Shown: positions 18,024 through 28,572, numbered from the stretch's first letter. The stretch is DNA of 64,000 nt from Candidatus Krumholzibacteriia bacterium (GCA_041484665.1 JBGPIA010000013.1:1-64000); one strand, 5' to 3'. Notes: generated from the sequence alone by a model not told the origin. A program made the numbers and translations.

Positions 18024-21000
18024 ATGCCCCGCGCGCACCGATTTCCAGACATTGCAACGACTGTGACCAACTCCTCGAGGCTGCTGATTCTGCTGGGGCT
18101 GCTCTTGTGCCCCCTCCCCGCCACCGCGCACATCTGCTGGGTCTACTCCGAGTCGCAGCCACCGAAGTTGTTCCTGGATTGCGCAGGAGTGTCTCCCACC
18201 ACGGTGCGTGAGGAGCACGGCCACTGGCATTGCAACTTCCCAGCTGCCGATACCGACGCCTGGGGGCTCAACTTCATTGGATTCCACCGCCAGTTCATCT
18301 TCGACTTCGACATCTTCCGCCTGAGCCTGGGCACCGATCGCCTGCGGGTGTGGGACGCCGCGCCCAACGACCCCATCCCCGGCAACGACGAGGACTACGT
18401 CACCGCGTTCACCCACTGCTTCACGGACGCCGGTGCGGGCTGCGTCGATGACAACACCCAGCGCGCCGCCGGAGCCCTGTGCGCGGGGTGCATCAACCTG
18501 CCCGCCGACTTGGTTGGACCGAGCAATCTCGGTGACTACGCGAACCTGGGCGCGGTGGGGGCGCGGCTGCAGTTCAGCGGTTGGCATGGGAGCTTCCACT
18601 GCGGTGCGGCTGCTGCCGGAGGGGGCGCCTGCAGCGGCGACAATCCGTGCGGCGCCTACGTGGCCGGGGTCTGCGACAACGTGGGCAACACCTGGACGAC
18701 GACGCACGACCCAGCATTCTGGATGGGCCACAAGATGCTCGACGAGGTCGCCCGCGATTGGCAGGAGCTGAAGGCTGCCGACGTGGTCGTGGTCATGGAT
18801 GTGTCGGGCAGCATGGACGACAACTGCCCCGGCGGAACCGCCGATCCCGGCGACACCCCCTGCAAGCTCAACGACGCCATCGAGGCAGCCAAACTCTTTG
18901 CGAGCCTGGTCCAGGACGATCGGCCGGGGTCCGTCGACGAGCACAAGATCGGGCTCGTCACCTTTGCGACGACGGCGACCGCGCGACTGGGCGGGGTCCT
19001 CGTGGGGGCCCCCGGCATCGTCACCGAGGGGGGTGGCGAGGAAACGCCCTACGAGAGCGCCCTCGCCGCCGTGGGCGCGGGCGGGGCCACTTCCATCGGA
19101 GACGGCATCACCAAGGGGCTGGATGTCCTGGCCACGGGCTCGAACGTCCACAAGGCGTTGCTGATTCTCAGCGACGGCGAGGAGAACACGGCACCGTTCA
19201 TCCAGGACATCCGCGACGCGGGGGCGCTCGGCACGACCCAGGTGTGCGCCATCGGATTCGGCGGTGCATTCGCCGACCCCGATGACAAGCTGCGCTCGCT
19301 GGCCGAGGACTTTGGGGGGGTGTTCCTCACCGACCAGGATTACTCCGAGAGTCCGATCCTGCTCGAGAAGTTCTTCGTCGACAGCTTTGGCCAGATCTAT
19401 GACGACGTGCTCAGCGAAGACCCCATCCTGATCTTGCCCGCAGGAAAAGCCGCCACTGCTTCAACCTGCGTGGATGTGTGCGGTTCGGATGAGCGGCTCA
19501 CGATCGTGCTCGGTCGCGACCGCCAGCAGTCGTCGTGCGACCTGCGGCTGGTGGTGGAGACGCCCTCGGGCAAACTCGTCGATCTGAACGACCCTGCCAT
19601 CGAGCAGTCCCACGATCGCAGCTGGCACTTCGTGCGCATCCCGCTTCCGTATCGCGGTGAGGGCGCAGGCCGCTGGTGCGCGACGGGCGTGCGGCCCCAA
19701 CGCATCTTCACGCACGGCTTCACCACCGACGCCTACGCCAACTTCAGCGAGGGCGTGAGCCTCGTCCGGCGCGAGATCCACCGTCTCTTTCCGTACGGAG
19801 TGGCGAACGCCCTCTACTATGAGGACGGTTCCATCACCGGGACATCGGCCTACGCGACGGCGCTGCAAGCGGAGCTGGCTGCCGGGACGATCCAGTCCGT
19901 CGTGAAGGCCGCCACGGCCGTCCAGTTCAATTCCCTGCTGACCCAGTCGTGGGGCCTGATCGTGTTCGCGCGCCAGATGAATCGGCAGGCGCAGGCCTTC
20001 GACAGCGCGCTGGCCGGTCGGCTCTGCCAGGGACAGAGGGCGCTCATCACCGACCTATGGACGCCGACAACATCGGCGAATCCCGTGCTGGTGTGCGCCG
20101 GCGCGACGCCCGGGACGCCGCTGAACTGGCTCAATGTCGTGGGCGATGGACTGCTGGTCCAGGGCGTGATCCCCTTGCGTAATCCCGGCTACAACGTGCT
20201 CTCAATCTCGCTGACGCCGGCGACCGGCTCCGGGCCGTGGATCGTCCAGGCTTTGAACGAGGCCCAGACAGGCAGCATCATCGGCAACGGGAGCACATGC
20301 GCGTCCCAGACCTACTTCATCAGTGCGTTGACCCGGGGCTTCGGAAAGGTCCGGGCCGCGGCCATCCGGCCGCGCGTTGGTCTGGGGGACAAGATCCTGG
20401 CCTCCTACCGCATGACCCAGCTGACGCGGCCGGTGGGTAATTGGGACGCGGTGAGCGCTACGGTCACCCTGAGGCGGCCCGGGGGAGTCCCCGCCGAGGT
20501 CTACCCTCTCTTCGACGACGGGACCAACGGCGACGTGATCCCCCACGACGACTACTGGGAGGTTGAGATCCCCGTCGCGGCCCAGACGGCCGGTCCCCAT
20601 CTGCTGCATGCCGAGTTCGAGCTCACCAAGGACGGCTGCACGATCCACCGCGAAGTGGAGTCCACGGTCATGGCGCAGCCTGATCCCCAGACCTGCCTGC
20701 GCACGATCTGTCCGCCGCCGCGCCCCGCTCGGGCGGGACAGGCCGTGGGAGTGCTGACGTGCGCGGTCAACCTCTGCCGCCCGGACGACCTGATCGAGGT
20801 CGTGCTGAGCGACTCCCGTGGCTGGCTGTGTCTGCAGAATGCCGACGGGTCGGTTGTGCCGGTCGGCACGAGCTACACCTTCCAGGTCTCGGTCCTGGGA
20901 CACAAGGAGGGCGAGTGCTTCCTGCAGGTCGGTGACAAGCGGTTGGTCGTGTGCGTGCCGCCCTCCGCCATACCTGGGCAGGAGGACGCCCTGGCGTACC

Positions 21001-21377
21001 AGATCCGGTCGCTGCGCAGCACGACACAGCCCGTGCAGCACTGCCAGTCGGCAGTGCGCGTGGCCAACCAGGCGACCGACGCCCCGGTCGCAACGGTGCC
21101 GACCGTGTTCTCGCTCCGGGTGCAGTCCACCGCGGGGAGCTCCCTCTACCAGTTCGAGCTCACCCTTCCACAGGCGGCGCCCACCCGGCTGAAGCTGTAC
21201 GACGCTCGTGGGCGGCAGGTCGCGACGGTGCTGGACGGCGATCTGGGCGCGGGAGTCCACACCGCCACCTGGCGCGGGACCGATGACCGCGGGGCGTCTC
21301 TGGCCGCGGGCGTCTACTACTACCACCTCACGTCGGGGCCCAACGAGACCACCGGCTCGGTGCTGGTGCTGCGGTAG
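18024..21377 (+). CDS. Secreted tyrosinase-like / vWA / FlgD-Ig multidomain protein
   Basis: AAGGAGG RBS and signal peptide. Type-3 copper-like His motifs (EHGHWH...FHR; WHGSFH...DPAFWMGH), MIDAS DVSGSM and LSDG, LFDDGTNGD, and a C-terminal YDARGRQV...WRGTDDRG...GVYYY. Confidence 0.8.
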   Translation: MPRAHRFPDIATTVTNSSRLLILLGLLLCPLPATAHICWVYSESQPPKLFLDCAGVSPTTVREEHGHWHCNFPAADTDAWGLNFIGFHRQFIFDFDIFRLSLGTDRLRVWDAAPNDPIPGNDEDYVTAFTHCFTDAGAGCVDDNTQRAAGALCAGCINLPADLVGPSNLGDYANLGAVGARLQFSGWHGSFHCGAAAAGGGACSGDNPCGAYVAGVCDNVGNTWTTTHDPAFWMGHKMLDEVARDWQELKAADVVVVMDVSGSMDDNCPGGTADPGDTPCKLNDAIEAAKLFASLVQDDRPGSVDEHKIGLVTFATTATARLGGVLVGAPGIVTEGGGEETPYESALAAVGAGGATSIGDGITKGLDVLATGSNVHKALLILSDGEENTAPFIQDIRDAGALGTTQVCAIGFGGAFADPDDKLRSLAEDFGGVFLTDQDYSESPILLEKFFVDSFGQIYDDVLSEDPILILPAGKAATASTCVDVCGSDERLTIVLGRDRQQSSCDLRLVVETPSGKLVDLNDPAIEQSHDRSWHFVRIPLPYRGEGAGRWCATGVRPQRIFTHGFTTDAYANFSEGVSLVRREIHRLFPYGVANALYYEDGSITGTSAYATALQAELAAGTIQSVVKAATAVQFNSLLTQSWGLIVFARQMNRQAQAFDSALAGRLCQGQRALITDLWTPTTSANPVLVCAGATPGTPLNWLNVVGDGLLVQGVIPLRNPGYNVLSISLTPATGSGPWIVQALNEAQTGSIIGNGSTCASQTYFISALTRGFGKVRAAAIRPRVGLGDKILASYRMTQLTRPVGNWDAVSATVTLRRPGGVPAEVYPLFDDGTNGDVIPHDDYWEVEIPVAAQTAGPHLLHAEFELTKDGCTIHREVESTVMAQPDPQTCLRTICPPPRPARAGQAVGVLTCAVNLCRPDDLIEVVLSDSRGWLCLQNADGSVVPVGTSYTFQVSVLGHKEGECFLQVGDKRLVVCVPPSAIPGQEDALAYQIRSLRSTTQPVQHCQSAVRVANQATDAPVATVPTVFSLRVQSTAGSSLYQFELTLPQAAPTRLKLYDARGRQVATVLDGDLGAGVHTATWRGTDDRGASLAAGVYYYHLTSGPNETTGSVLVLR

Positions 21378-21383
21378 CGTCGC

Positions 21384-23183
21384 ATGCGTGCGGGACGACG
21401 GCAGGTCATCGGTCGAGGGAGCGGCGCCCACTCTGGACGCGACCCCGCCGCGAAGCTCCCGGCCCTTGGCCTGCCGATCGCCCTCTGGCTGGTCGTCTGC
21501 GCGAGTCCCGCGTGGCCAGCGGTGTCGTTTCGCATGGAGACGGTGGACTCCATCCGTGACGTGGGGCGCTACGCGTCGCTGGCGCTCGATCCGTATGGCG
21601 ACCCGCACATCGCGTACTACGACGTCTCCAATGCCGACCTCAAGCACGCATACAGACGCGGCTCCGCGTGGACGATCGAGACGGTCGACAGCGCGGGTGA
21701 CGTGGGGCGCTACGCGTCACTGGCGCTCGACCCGTACGGCATCCTTCACATCGCGTACTACGACGTGGCCAACGCGGACCTCAAGTACGCGTACAAGACC
21801 GGTGCCATCTGGGTGATCGAGACCGTAGATGAGGCCGGCGACGTCGGGCAGGGCGCCTCGCTAGCGCTCGACGCAGAAGGCCGGCCCCACATCGCCTACG
21901 TCGACGCGACCTCCCGTGGCGACCTGAAGTATGCCCGTCGCGTCGATGCGGCCTGGAGCACGGAGATCGTGGATTCCGGATGCAGCACGTGCTTCGTTGG
22001 AGATGACCCCGCGCTCGCCATCGACTCCCAGGATACGGTCCACATCGCCTACTTCGACCGCACCAATGCCGACCTCAGGTACGCGCGCGGAACTGCCGGC
22101 GCCTGGACGATCGAGACCGCCGCCGATCTGGAGGACATGGGCCGATACGCATCGCTTGCGCTCGACGCCCAGGGAGCCCCGCGCATCGCCTACTACGATT
22201 TCAGCCTGATCCACTTGACCGGACGCCTGCGCTACGCGCGAAAGGACGGCCCGGTTTGGACCAGCGAGACGGTCGACGACAGCGGCGACGTAGGTGTGAA
22301 CGCCTCGCTCAAGCTGACTACCCAAGGTGAAGCGCGCATCGCCTATCACACCCACCATGACGGTGATCTCAGGTACGCGACCAGAGCCGTCGCGATCGGG
22401 AGCGACGCGACCAGAACCGACGCGACCACAACCGCCGCGACCGGCAGCGACGCGATCTGGAGCATCGCGACCGTGGACGAGGCCGGAAGCGTGGGCTGGT
22501 ACGCATCGCTCGCGCTCGACGCCGGAGGCAATCCCAGGTTCGCCTACTACGACGGCACGAACCTCGATCTGAAATACGCCGAAGGCACCCGCTCCGTTGG
22601 GCTACCGGCGTCGGCGATCGTGCTGATCGCTTTCACGGCAGAGCCGAGCCCCTCGGGTGCCGGAGCGGTGCTGCGATGGAGCACCGAGCCCCCGCCGGCA
22701 ACGCTGACCGGGTGTCGACTCGAGCGCGCCGACGCAGGCGGTGCGTGGGGTACGCTCGTGGCATTGACGCACGCAACCTCGCACACCGATCCCACGGCGG
22801 CCGGCTGGAGCCGCTATCGGCTATCTGCCTACAACGAGCGCGGCGAGCTGATCGTGCTGGGCGAAGCAGCCCTCTCCTTTGCGTGGCTGCCCGGCGCGCG
22901 GCTATCCGCCTGGCCGCTTCCCTACCCAGGAGGCGTGCTGCATGTATCGCTGGGCGCCTGGGGGGCGCCGGCGGAGAGGTCGGCGCAGGCCGACGTGACG
23001 CTCTTCGATCTGCGGGGACGGCGCGTGCGAAGCCTGTTCCGGGGGCCGGTCGCCACCGGTCGCCAGCTCCTCGAGTGGGACGGACGGGATGATCGTGGCC
23101 AACCCGCGGCTGCCGGAGTGTATGTTCTACGAGCGCGCGGAGCGCTGTGGGAGCAGGCCGTCAAAGTCGTGGTCGCGCGCTGA
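21384..23183 (+). CDS. Secreted beta-propeller repeat protein with C-terminal FlgD-Ig domain
   Basis: Repeated ETVD..GDVGRYASLALD..G.PHIAYYD...DLKYA units, and C-terminal FDLRGRRV...WDGRDDRG...GVY. Confidence 0.85.
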   Translation: MRAGRRQVIGRGSGAHSGRDPAAKLPALGLPIALWLVVCASPAWPAVSFRMETVDSIRDVGRYASLALDPYGDPHIAYYDVSNADLKHAYRRGSAWTIETVDSAGDVGRYASLALDPYGILHIAYYDVANADLKYAYKTGAIWVIETVDEAGDVGQGASLALDAEGRPHIAYVDATSRGDLKYARRVDAAWSTEIVDSGCSTCFVGDDPALAIDSQDTVHIAYFDRTNADLRYARGTAGAWTIETAADLEDMGRYASLALDAQGAPRIAYYDFSLIHLTGRLRYARKDGPVWTSETVDDSGDVGVNASLKLTTQGEARIAYHTHHDGDLRYATRAVAIGSDATRTDATTTAATGSDAIWSIATVDEAGSVGWYASLALDAGGNPRFAYYDGTNLDLKYAEGTRSVGLPASAIVLIAFTAEPSPSGAGAVLRWSTEPPPATLTGCRLERADAGGAWGTLVALTHATSHTDPTAAGWSRYRLSAYNERGELIVLGEAALSFAWLPGARLSAWPLPYPGGVLHVSLGAWGAPAERSAQADVTLFDLRGRRVRSLFRGPVATGRQLLEWDGRDDRGQPAAAGVYVLRARGALWEQAVKVVVAR

Positions 23184-23315
23184 CGCTCCGTCCCGGCCCT
23201 GCCGCTTGCAGGGCGGCCGCAAATCCCGGAACATGGGTCATCTGCGCTCTGCGGCACGACGCGGAGAGCCGTGACGCGGCGATCCGCCGGCAAACGCGGC
23301 GATCCCGAGATACGA

Positions 23316-23714
23316 ATGACCATGCCCACGAAGCCATGGGTCACCTACCGGCCGCCGGACCCCGAGCGGGAGTACCACGCGATCCTGTCCGAGCTTCCCA
23401 TGAAGCGATTCCGCGACCTCCGAACGTTCTTCGGCTACTCATTTCGGATCCAGGATCAGCTGCGGGAGGCACCCGGGCTGGTCGGGTACTCGCTGATCGC
23501 GCGGATCTTCGGAAAGCAATTCTGGACCCTCTCCGTCTGGGAGGATGAAGCCGCGCTGCGGTCGTTCGTCGCTCAACCACCGCACAGCCGGGCAATGGTG
23601 GCGCTGCAAGGCAAGATGGGGCGTACGCAGTTCGTGCAATGGACCCTCTGCGGGTCCGACTACCCACCGCCGTGGAGTGAAGCGTTCGCGCGCGGGAGCC
23701 CAAAGGACCTTTGA
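23316..23714 (+). CDS. DUF3291/antibiotic biosynthesis monooxygenase-like protein
   Basis: PGLVGYSL...FWTLSVWEDEAALRSFV...PHSRAM. Confidence 0.7.
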   Translation: MTMPTKPWVTYRPPDPEREYHAILSELPMKRFRDLRTFFGYSFRIQDQLREAPGLVGYSLIARIFGKQFWTLSVWEDEAALRSFVAQPPHSRAMVALQGKMGRTQFVQWTLCGSDYPPPWSEAFARGSPKDL

Positions 23715-24073
23715 TGACCCCACCATCGGATCGTTACACCGTCCGCGAGCACTTCGAGAATCGGGCGCCGGCCGTGAACGCCACGTACGCCGCGATCCTC
23801 GCGGCGGCGCGCAAACTCGGCCCGGTGCGCGAGGAAGCGAAGAAGACCTCGATCCACCTAGTCCGCAAGACGGCCTTTGCCGGGGTTGCCACGCGCAAGA
23901 CGGCTCTGATCCTGACGCTCAAGTCGGACGTAGATCTCCCGAGCGAGCGCGTCACGAACCACGAGCGAGCCTCCGCCAATCGCTGGCATCTGGAGATCCG
24001 CCTCGAGACACCCGCGCAAGTCGATCGTGAGCTCGTGGCGTGGCTGGCGAAGGCATACGGTCTTGCGGGCTGA
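23714..24073 (+). CDS. DUF5655-like protein
   Basis: EEAKKTSIHLVRKTAFAGV...VDRELVAWLAKAY. Confidence 0.75.
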   Translation: MTPPSDRYTVREHFENRAPAVNATYAAILAAARKLGPVREEAKKTSIHLVRKTAFAGVATRKTALILTLKSDVDLPSERVTNHERASANRWHLEIRLETPAQVDRELVAWLAKAYGLAG

Positions 24074-24577
24074 TGAAAACGCACACTCGGGATCGAAAGC
24101 TGGAGGCGGGCAGATCACAGCGATCAAGCCCGCCGCGGAAGAAGAAGCGCAGCCCTCCAAGGGCGATTGTTCAGCAGCCTGCTAGGCCAGTCTGAGGACC
24201 CAACTCACACCGGTCAGCAGTCCGTGCGCTGTCATCTCTGTCACCCTCCCTGCCAGCGTCCTGCACTTGCCGACCCCTTCGGCGCAGAGCCTCGAGGAGG
24301 AGACAGCCGCGCTCGCCCGTTGCGCAATCCGACCGGTCCGGACGCACCCCTGCAGCCCGGAGTCGATCGAACCCGCGTGCACGATCGTGCGCTCCACAGC
24401 GTTCGGGACACCGTGTGGCACGACGAGCCAACGGAATTGATCGTGCCCGGGGCTTGCTACGTTGAACGGCTCAATGTCGGCTGCGGACACCTCGAATGCG
24501 CCCCCAGGGGGGCGGGCCTTCATCGCTTTTCCGGCAAACCCGCCATTCGTCCGCCGGCAGGCCCTCCGATCCGCCGC

Positions 24578-25162
24578 TCAGAGCCTCCAGGTCGCCCCGA
24601 GCCCGAGGGTGCCATACCCGAATCCCACCTGACCTTGGACAGCAAATCTGTTCGATATGAAATAACGGACCCCAGCCTGACCCGCGAAATCAGTACTGCT
24701 TCCGCTGGCGGATGCGGTAGAGATGCCCGAGCCCTTCCAACTGGCGCTCACGTGCTGGTAGACGAGCGCCAGCCCGACGTACGGGTCGATCCGCTTGTTG
24801 CTCGCGAGTGCGAAGTGGTAGTTGCCGAATACCTGCACCGGCACCACCGAATAATGGTAGCTTCCGAAGGAGCCGTAGTCGTGGCTCCAGGAATACACAT
24901 CGATACCGACGCCGCCCGAGATGACTCCGGAGCCGTAAGCCCCCGGCTTGGAGAAACCGCGCTCGACCTGCGCTCCGAAGGCGACCGCGCCGTTCAGGTT
25001 GCCCAGCCAGATGCGAGGCCCTGCGTAAAACGTCTTGGTCTGGAATCCTTCTGTCTGCGCGTTCGCGGCTGTCTGCGCGATCGCGGGTGTCTGCGCGTTC
25101 GCTGCCGCACTGAGCGCGAAGATGCCGAACAGTGCGATGGAGCCTACTATCTTTGAACGCAT
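24578..25162 (-). CDS. Outer-membrane beta-barrel protein
   Basis: Signal peptide, amphipathic beta strands (GNYHF, DPYVGL, GVRYF) and an aromatic C-terminus. Confidence 0.8.
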   Translation of the reverse strand: MRSKIVGSIALFGIFALSAAANAQTPAIAQTAANAQTEGFQTKTFYAGPRIWLGNLNGAVAFGAQVERGFSKPGAYGSGVISGGVGIDVYSWSHDYGSFGSYHYSVVPVQVFGNYHFALASNKRIDPYVGLALVYQHVSASWKGSGISTASASGSSTDFAGQAGVRYFISNRFAVQGQVGFGYGTLGLGATWRL

Positions 25163-25189
25163 CGTAAACCCCTCCGAGATTAGGGTGAA

Positions 25190-25597
25190 CTAGAAGAACA
25201 AACGGTCGCTGCCTGCTCGCGTCGATTCCCACAGGATCTGCGGGATCCCGATGTCGAGGTCGCCGTCGGCGACCACCAACGTGCCGGTCGGCGAGGAGCC
25301 GGGCCCCGCGATGTTCGCCAGCGAGGGAGTGAGAAACGTGGCGTTGGTGTCCGAGAGCACGTTGTGAGCCGTGATGGCGTAGAGTCCTGGTAAAACCAAG
25401 AACACCCAGTGCCCCATGACCAAAGGGTCGCTGCTTTACAGGACGCCGTGGATCTCGGCCGTCATGGGGGTGCCACCCGCACAGCCGCCACCGCTGCTGC
25501 CCGGCGGTCCAACGAGGCCCTTGCCGCCGGCGCTGCATCCTGCCACAAACAGCACCGTTAGGCTGCCCAGGATTAGTTTTTTCACAATCCGTCTCAT
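25190..25597 (-). pseudogene. Lipoprotein with in-frame TAA (25436-25438)
   Basis: GGAGG RBS and lipobox VAGC. After MTAEIHGVL* the same frame continues to 25190. Confidence 0.5.
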
Positions 25598-25708
25598 CGA
25601 CCTCCGCGGGAACTGATGACCCCGGCCGCCGAAGTGCGCGCAGCGTCTCCCCACGTGTTTCGGGGGCCTCTTTGCCTGCCATTGCGTGGACCGGCCCAAG
25701 AAACCGTC

Positions 25709-26000
25709 ATGACGATTGCCGACCCTGAGAACTCCCGACCGGCCCGGCGGGCCGATGTCCCTGCCACGTTTCGAGAAAGGCAGGCGCTCGAAAACGTGTT
25801 CAGCGCCGCCCAGGAGGAGCTCCGCCGGATTGCGGGCACGGTCCGGCGGGGCGACATGGACGCCACGCTCGGCCACACCGCCCTGGTGAACGAGGCCTGC
25901 CTGAAGCTCGTCGGCACCCTGGCGGTCGCGGAAACCTCCCTGGTGCATTTCAAGAGGATCGCCGCCCGGGCCATGCGTCAGGTACTGGTCGAGGCTGCAC
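25709..26000 (+). pseudogene. ECF sigma factor (TIGR02999-type), region-2 half only
   Basis: EELRRIA...TLGHTALVNEACLKL...HFKRIAARAMRQVLVEAA. Region 4 is absent. Confidence 0.7.
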
Positions 26001-26077
26001 CAGATCGAGGTCTCTCTCGGCGTTCGTCGAAGTCTGCTCCTCCTGCCGCGCTGCGTGGTCGGCGTTGATGGGGTTCG

Positions 26078-26208
26078 GCGAGCGCGTCACGAAGCACGAG
26101 CGGGCCTCCGCCAATCGCCGGCATCTGGAGATCCGCCTGGAGACACCTGCGCAAGTCGACCGGGAGCTCGTGGCGTGGCTGGCGAAAGCAGACGGCCTGG
26201 CGGGCTAG
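26078..26208 (+). repeat. Diverged direct copy of 23943-24073 (3' end of the DUF5655 gene)
   Basis: 131-bp ungapped match with scattered substitutions, ending at the stop codon. Confidence 0.9.
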
Positions 26209-26303
26209 GTCCTCCCGCCAGCGCTTCCCGCCAGCGCTGGCTCGCAGTCGACAAGCGCGCTATGATCGCCAGCGCACAATCGCAGATCACCCAGGAGACC
26301 ACG

Positions 26304-26693
26304 ATGGCGGAGCGCGAATTCCGCTGCGCGTTCTTCGCAGCGGACTACGAGTCCACGCTGGCGTTCTATCGGGATGCCGTGGGATTTCCCGTGGTCGACA
26401 GCTGGGATCGTGGCCGCGATGATCGCGGGACGCTCCTGCGCGCCGCCTCCGGGATCGTCGAGGTGCTGGCGATGCCGTGCAAGCAGGAGGGCGGCTCGGC
26501 GTGGGACTACCGACGGCCCCAGGGCGTGTCGATGGTCATCGAGGTGGAGGACGTGGACGAGTTGTACCGCCGGGCCTTGGCGCGCAACCTCCCGGTCAAG
26601 GGAGCGCTGAAGAACCAGACGTGGGGACACCGCAGCTTTATCGTGGCCGACCCCAATGGATTGATGATCTACTTCTTTTCGCGCGTGGGGTAG
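26304..26693 (+). CDS. VOC/glyoxalase family protein
   Basis: AFYRDAVGF, EVEDVD and WGHRSFIVADPNG motifs, with AGGAG RBS. Confidence 0.85.
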   Translation: MAEREFRCAFFAADYESTLAFYRDAVGFPVVDSWDRGRDDRGTLLRAASGIVEVLAMPCKQEGGSAWDYRRPQGVSMVIEVEDVDELYRRALARNLPVKGALKNQTWGHRSFIVADPNGLMIYFFSRVG

Positions 26694-26863
26694 CGGGACA
26701 AAGTGGCCGCGGCCGCCGAAGCGCGGCCGGCGAAGCGCGGCGGGCCAAGCGCTGGCGGGTGGCGATGGCGCATCGCAGAGCTGGGAAGCGACGGCGCCAG
26801 CACTCCCGACGCCGCGAACGAAGCGCCGTGCCGTTGGTCGATCCTCGTAGCGGGGAGAGCGTC

Positions 26864-27331
26864 ATGACGACTGTGCCCGGGCCGATCGCCGAGTTTCTTC
26901 AGGGCAGACGCTTCGCTGTCGCAGGCGTTTCGCGCGATCCAGCGCAGGTCGCGAACGTGATCTTCCGCAAGCTGCGGACCTCCGGATACGACGTATTCCC
27001 GGTCAACCCCAACGCGAGCGAGGCCGAGGGCGCACGATGCTATCCGGATCTCGGGTCGGTTCCCGGGACCATCGACGGGGTGGTAGTCGCGACGCACCCG
27101 CGCGTCTCTGTCGAGCTGGTACGGCAATGCGGCGAGCGGGGCGTGGGTCAGGTCTGGCTCCACCGGTCCATCGGTCAAGGCAGCGTCTCGAGCGAGGCGA
27201 TCCGGGAATGCGACGCGCGGGGCATCAAGTGCATCGTCGGGGGCTGCCCCCTGATGTACTGCGAGCCCGTCGACCTTGGGCACCGGTGCATCAGGTGGTG
27301 GCTTCGACTGCAACATCGTATTCCGAGGTGA
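26864..27331 (+). CDS. CoA-binding protein (YccU-like)
   Basis: FAVAGVSR, VFPVNP, CYPDL and GGCPLM motifs. Confidence 0.85.
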   Translation: MTTVPGPIAEFLQGRRFAVAGVSRDPAQVANVIFRKLRTSGYDVFPVNPNASEAEGARCYPDLGSVPGTIDGVVVATHPRVSVELVRQCGERGVGQVWLHRSIGQGSVSSEAIRECDARGIKCIVGGCPLMYCEPVDLGHRCIRWWLRLQHRIPR

Positions 27332-27337
27332 TGGCCC

Positions 27338-27441
27338 GCATGACGGCGCGCCGCAGCGGACGAGTCCCGGCGCCGCTGAAGGGTTTCGGCGTTGCGGCCG
27401 GCGGGGTGCAACGCTGCAGCTGAGCGCGCCTGTCGTCGGGC
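27338..27441 (+). repeat. Degenerate attC-like site
   Basis: GCATGAC-GGCGCGCCGCAGCGGACG...GCAGCTGAGCGCGCC-TGTC-GTCGGGC lies between two co-oriented genes. Confidence 0.5.
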
Positions 27442-27472
27442 GAAGGATCATTGGACGAAGGATCGTGGCCAG

Positions 27473-28411
27473 ATGATCTTCCGCGATGTCACGGAGACCG
27501 TCGGCAGAACGCCCATGGTCGAGCTCGGACGCCTGGCGAAGGGCCTGCCCGGCCGGGTGGTCGCCAAACTGGAAATGCGCAACCCGTGCGGCAGCGTGAA
27601 GGACCGGGTCGGGGTGGCGCTCATCGAAGACGCCGAGCGTCAGGGGATCTTGCGGCCGGGGATGACGCTCGTCGAGGCCACCGGCGGCAACACAGGGATC
27701 GGGCTCGCCTTCGTCGCGGCGATCCGGGGCTACCGGCTCATCCTGACGATGCCCAAGATGATGTCGAAGGAGCGAGTCGCGTTGCTGCGGCACCTCGGCG
27801 CGGAGGTCGTGCTCACCCCCGGGATCCTCATGGGCGATGCCGTTGCGCGCGCCGCGCAGCTCGTCAAGGATATCCCGGGCGCGGTCATGCTGGACCAGTT
27901 CCGCAACCGCGCGAACCCCGAGGTGCATCGCCGGACGACGGCCGTGGAGGTCTGGGAAGACACGCGGGGGGCGGTCGACGTCTTCGTATCTGCTGTCGGC
28001 ACCGGTGGGACCATCACCGGAGTGGGTGAAGTGCTGAAAGAGCGCAAGCCAAGCGTGCGCGTCGTGGCCGTGGAGCCTGCCAACGCGGCGGTGCTCTCTG
28101 GCGGGCCCGCGCGCAGCCACAGCATCCCGGGGATCGGAGTCGGCTTCATCCCCGAGGTGTTGAACCGCGCCATCCTCGACGAGGTGATCGCCGTCACCGA
28201 CGAGGAGGCATTTGCATGTGCACGACGGCTCGCGCGGGAGGAAGGGATCATGGCCGGCGCCTCATCGGGAGCGGCGCTCCACGCAGCGCTTGCCGTCGCC
28301 TTTCGCCCGGACGCCGCGGGCAAGATGGTCGTGGTGCTCCTGGCCGATACAGGCGAGCGGTACGTGACGACGGCGCTCTTTACCCAGGAACGCGACGGAG
28401 GTGACGCTTGA
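27473..28411 (+). CDS. cysK: Cysteine synthase A
   Basis: KLEMRNPCGSVKDR (PLP Lys), TGGNTG, GTGGT and DTGERY motifs. Confidence 0.93.
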   Translation: MIFRDVTETVGRTPMVELGRLAKGLPGRVVAKLEMRNPCGSVKDRVGVALIEDAERQGILRPGMTLVEATGGNTGIGLAFVAAIRGYRLILTMPKMMSKERVALLRHLGAEVVLTPGILMGDAVARAAQLVKDIPGAVMLDQFRNRANPEVHRRTTAVEVWEDTRGAVDVFVSAVGTGGTITGVGEVLKERKPSVRVVAVEPANAAVLSGGPARSHSIPGIGVGFIPEVLNRAILDEVIAVTDEEAFACARRLAREEGIMAGASSGAALHAALAVAFRPDAAGKMVVVLLADTGERYVTTALFTQERDGGDA

Positions 28412-28572
28412 AACCGTTTCTCGGTGCTGGTGGGCTCGCTGCTGGTCGCCGCGCCGCTGGTGGTCGTCGCTACCGCTTCACCGATACATGGGTGCGCCGT
28501 AACGGGCACTGGCAGATCCTCGCGGCGCACGACTACCTCGTGCCGGCGGCACCGCGCTGAGGACATCGCGAC

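Noticed and set aside
24165..24230. IS5/IS1182-like terminus (TTCAGCAGCCTGCTAG) and a transposase-like scrap (LLTGVSWVLR)
   Set aside because: It is too short, with no partner inverted repeat or transposase ORF, so it cannot be supported without a search.
24530..24570. c-di-GMP-I riboswitch suggested by GGCAAACC
   Set aside because: The GAAA tetraloop stem and downstream GCAAAGC elements are absent.
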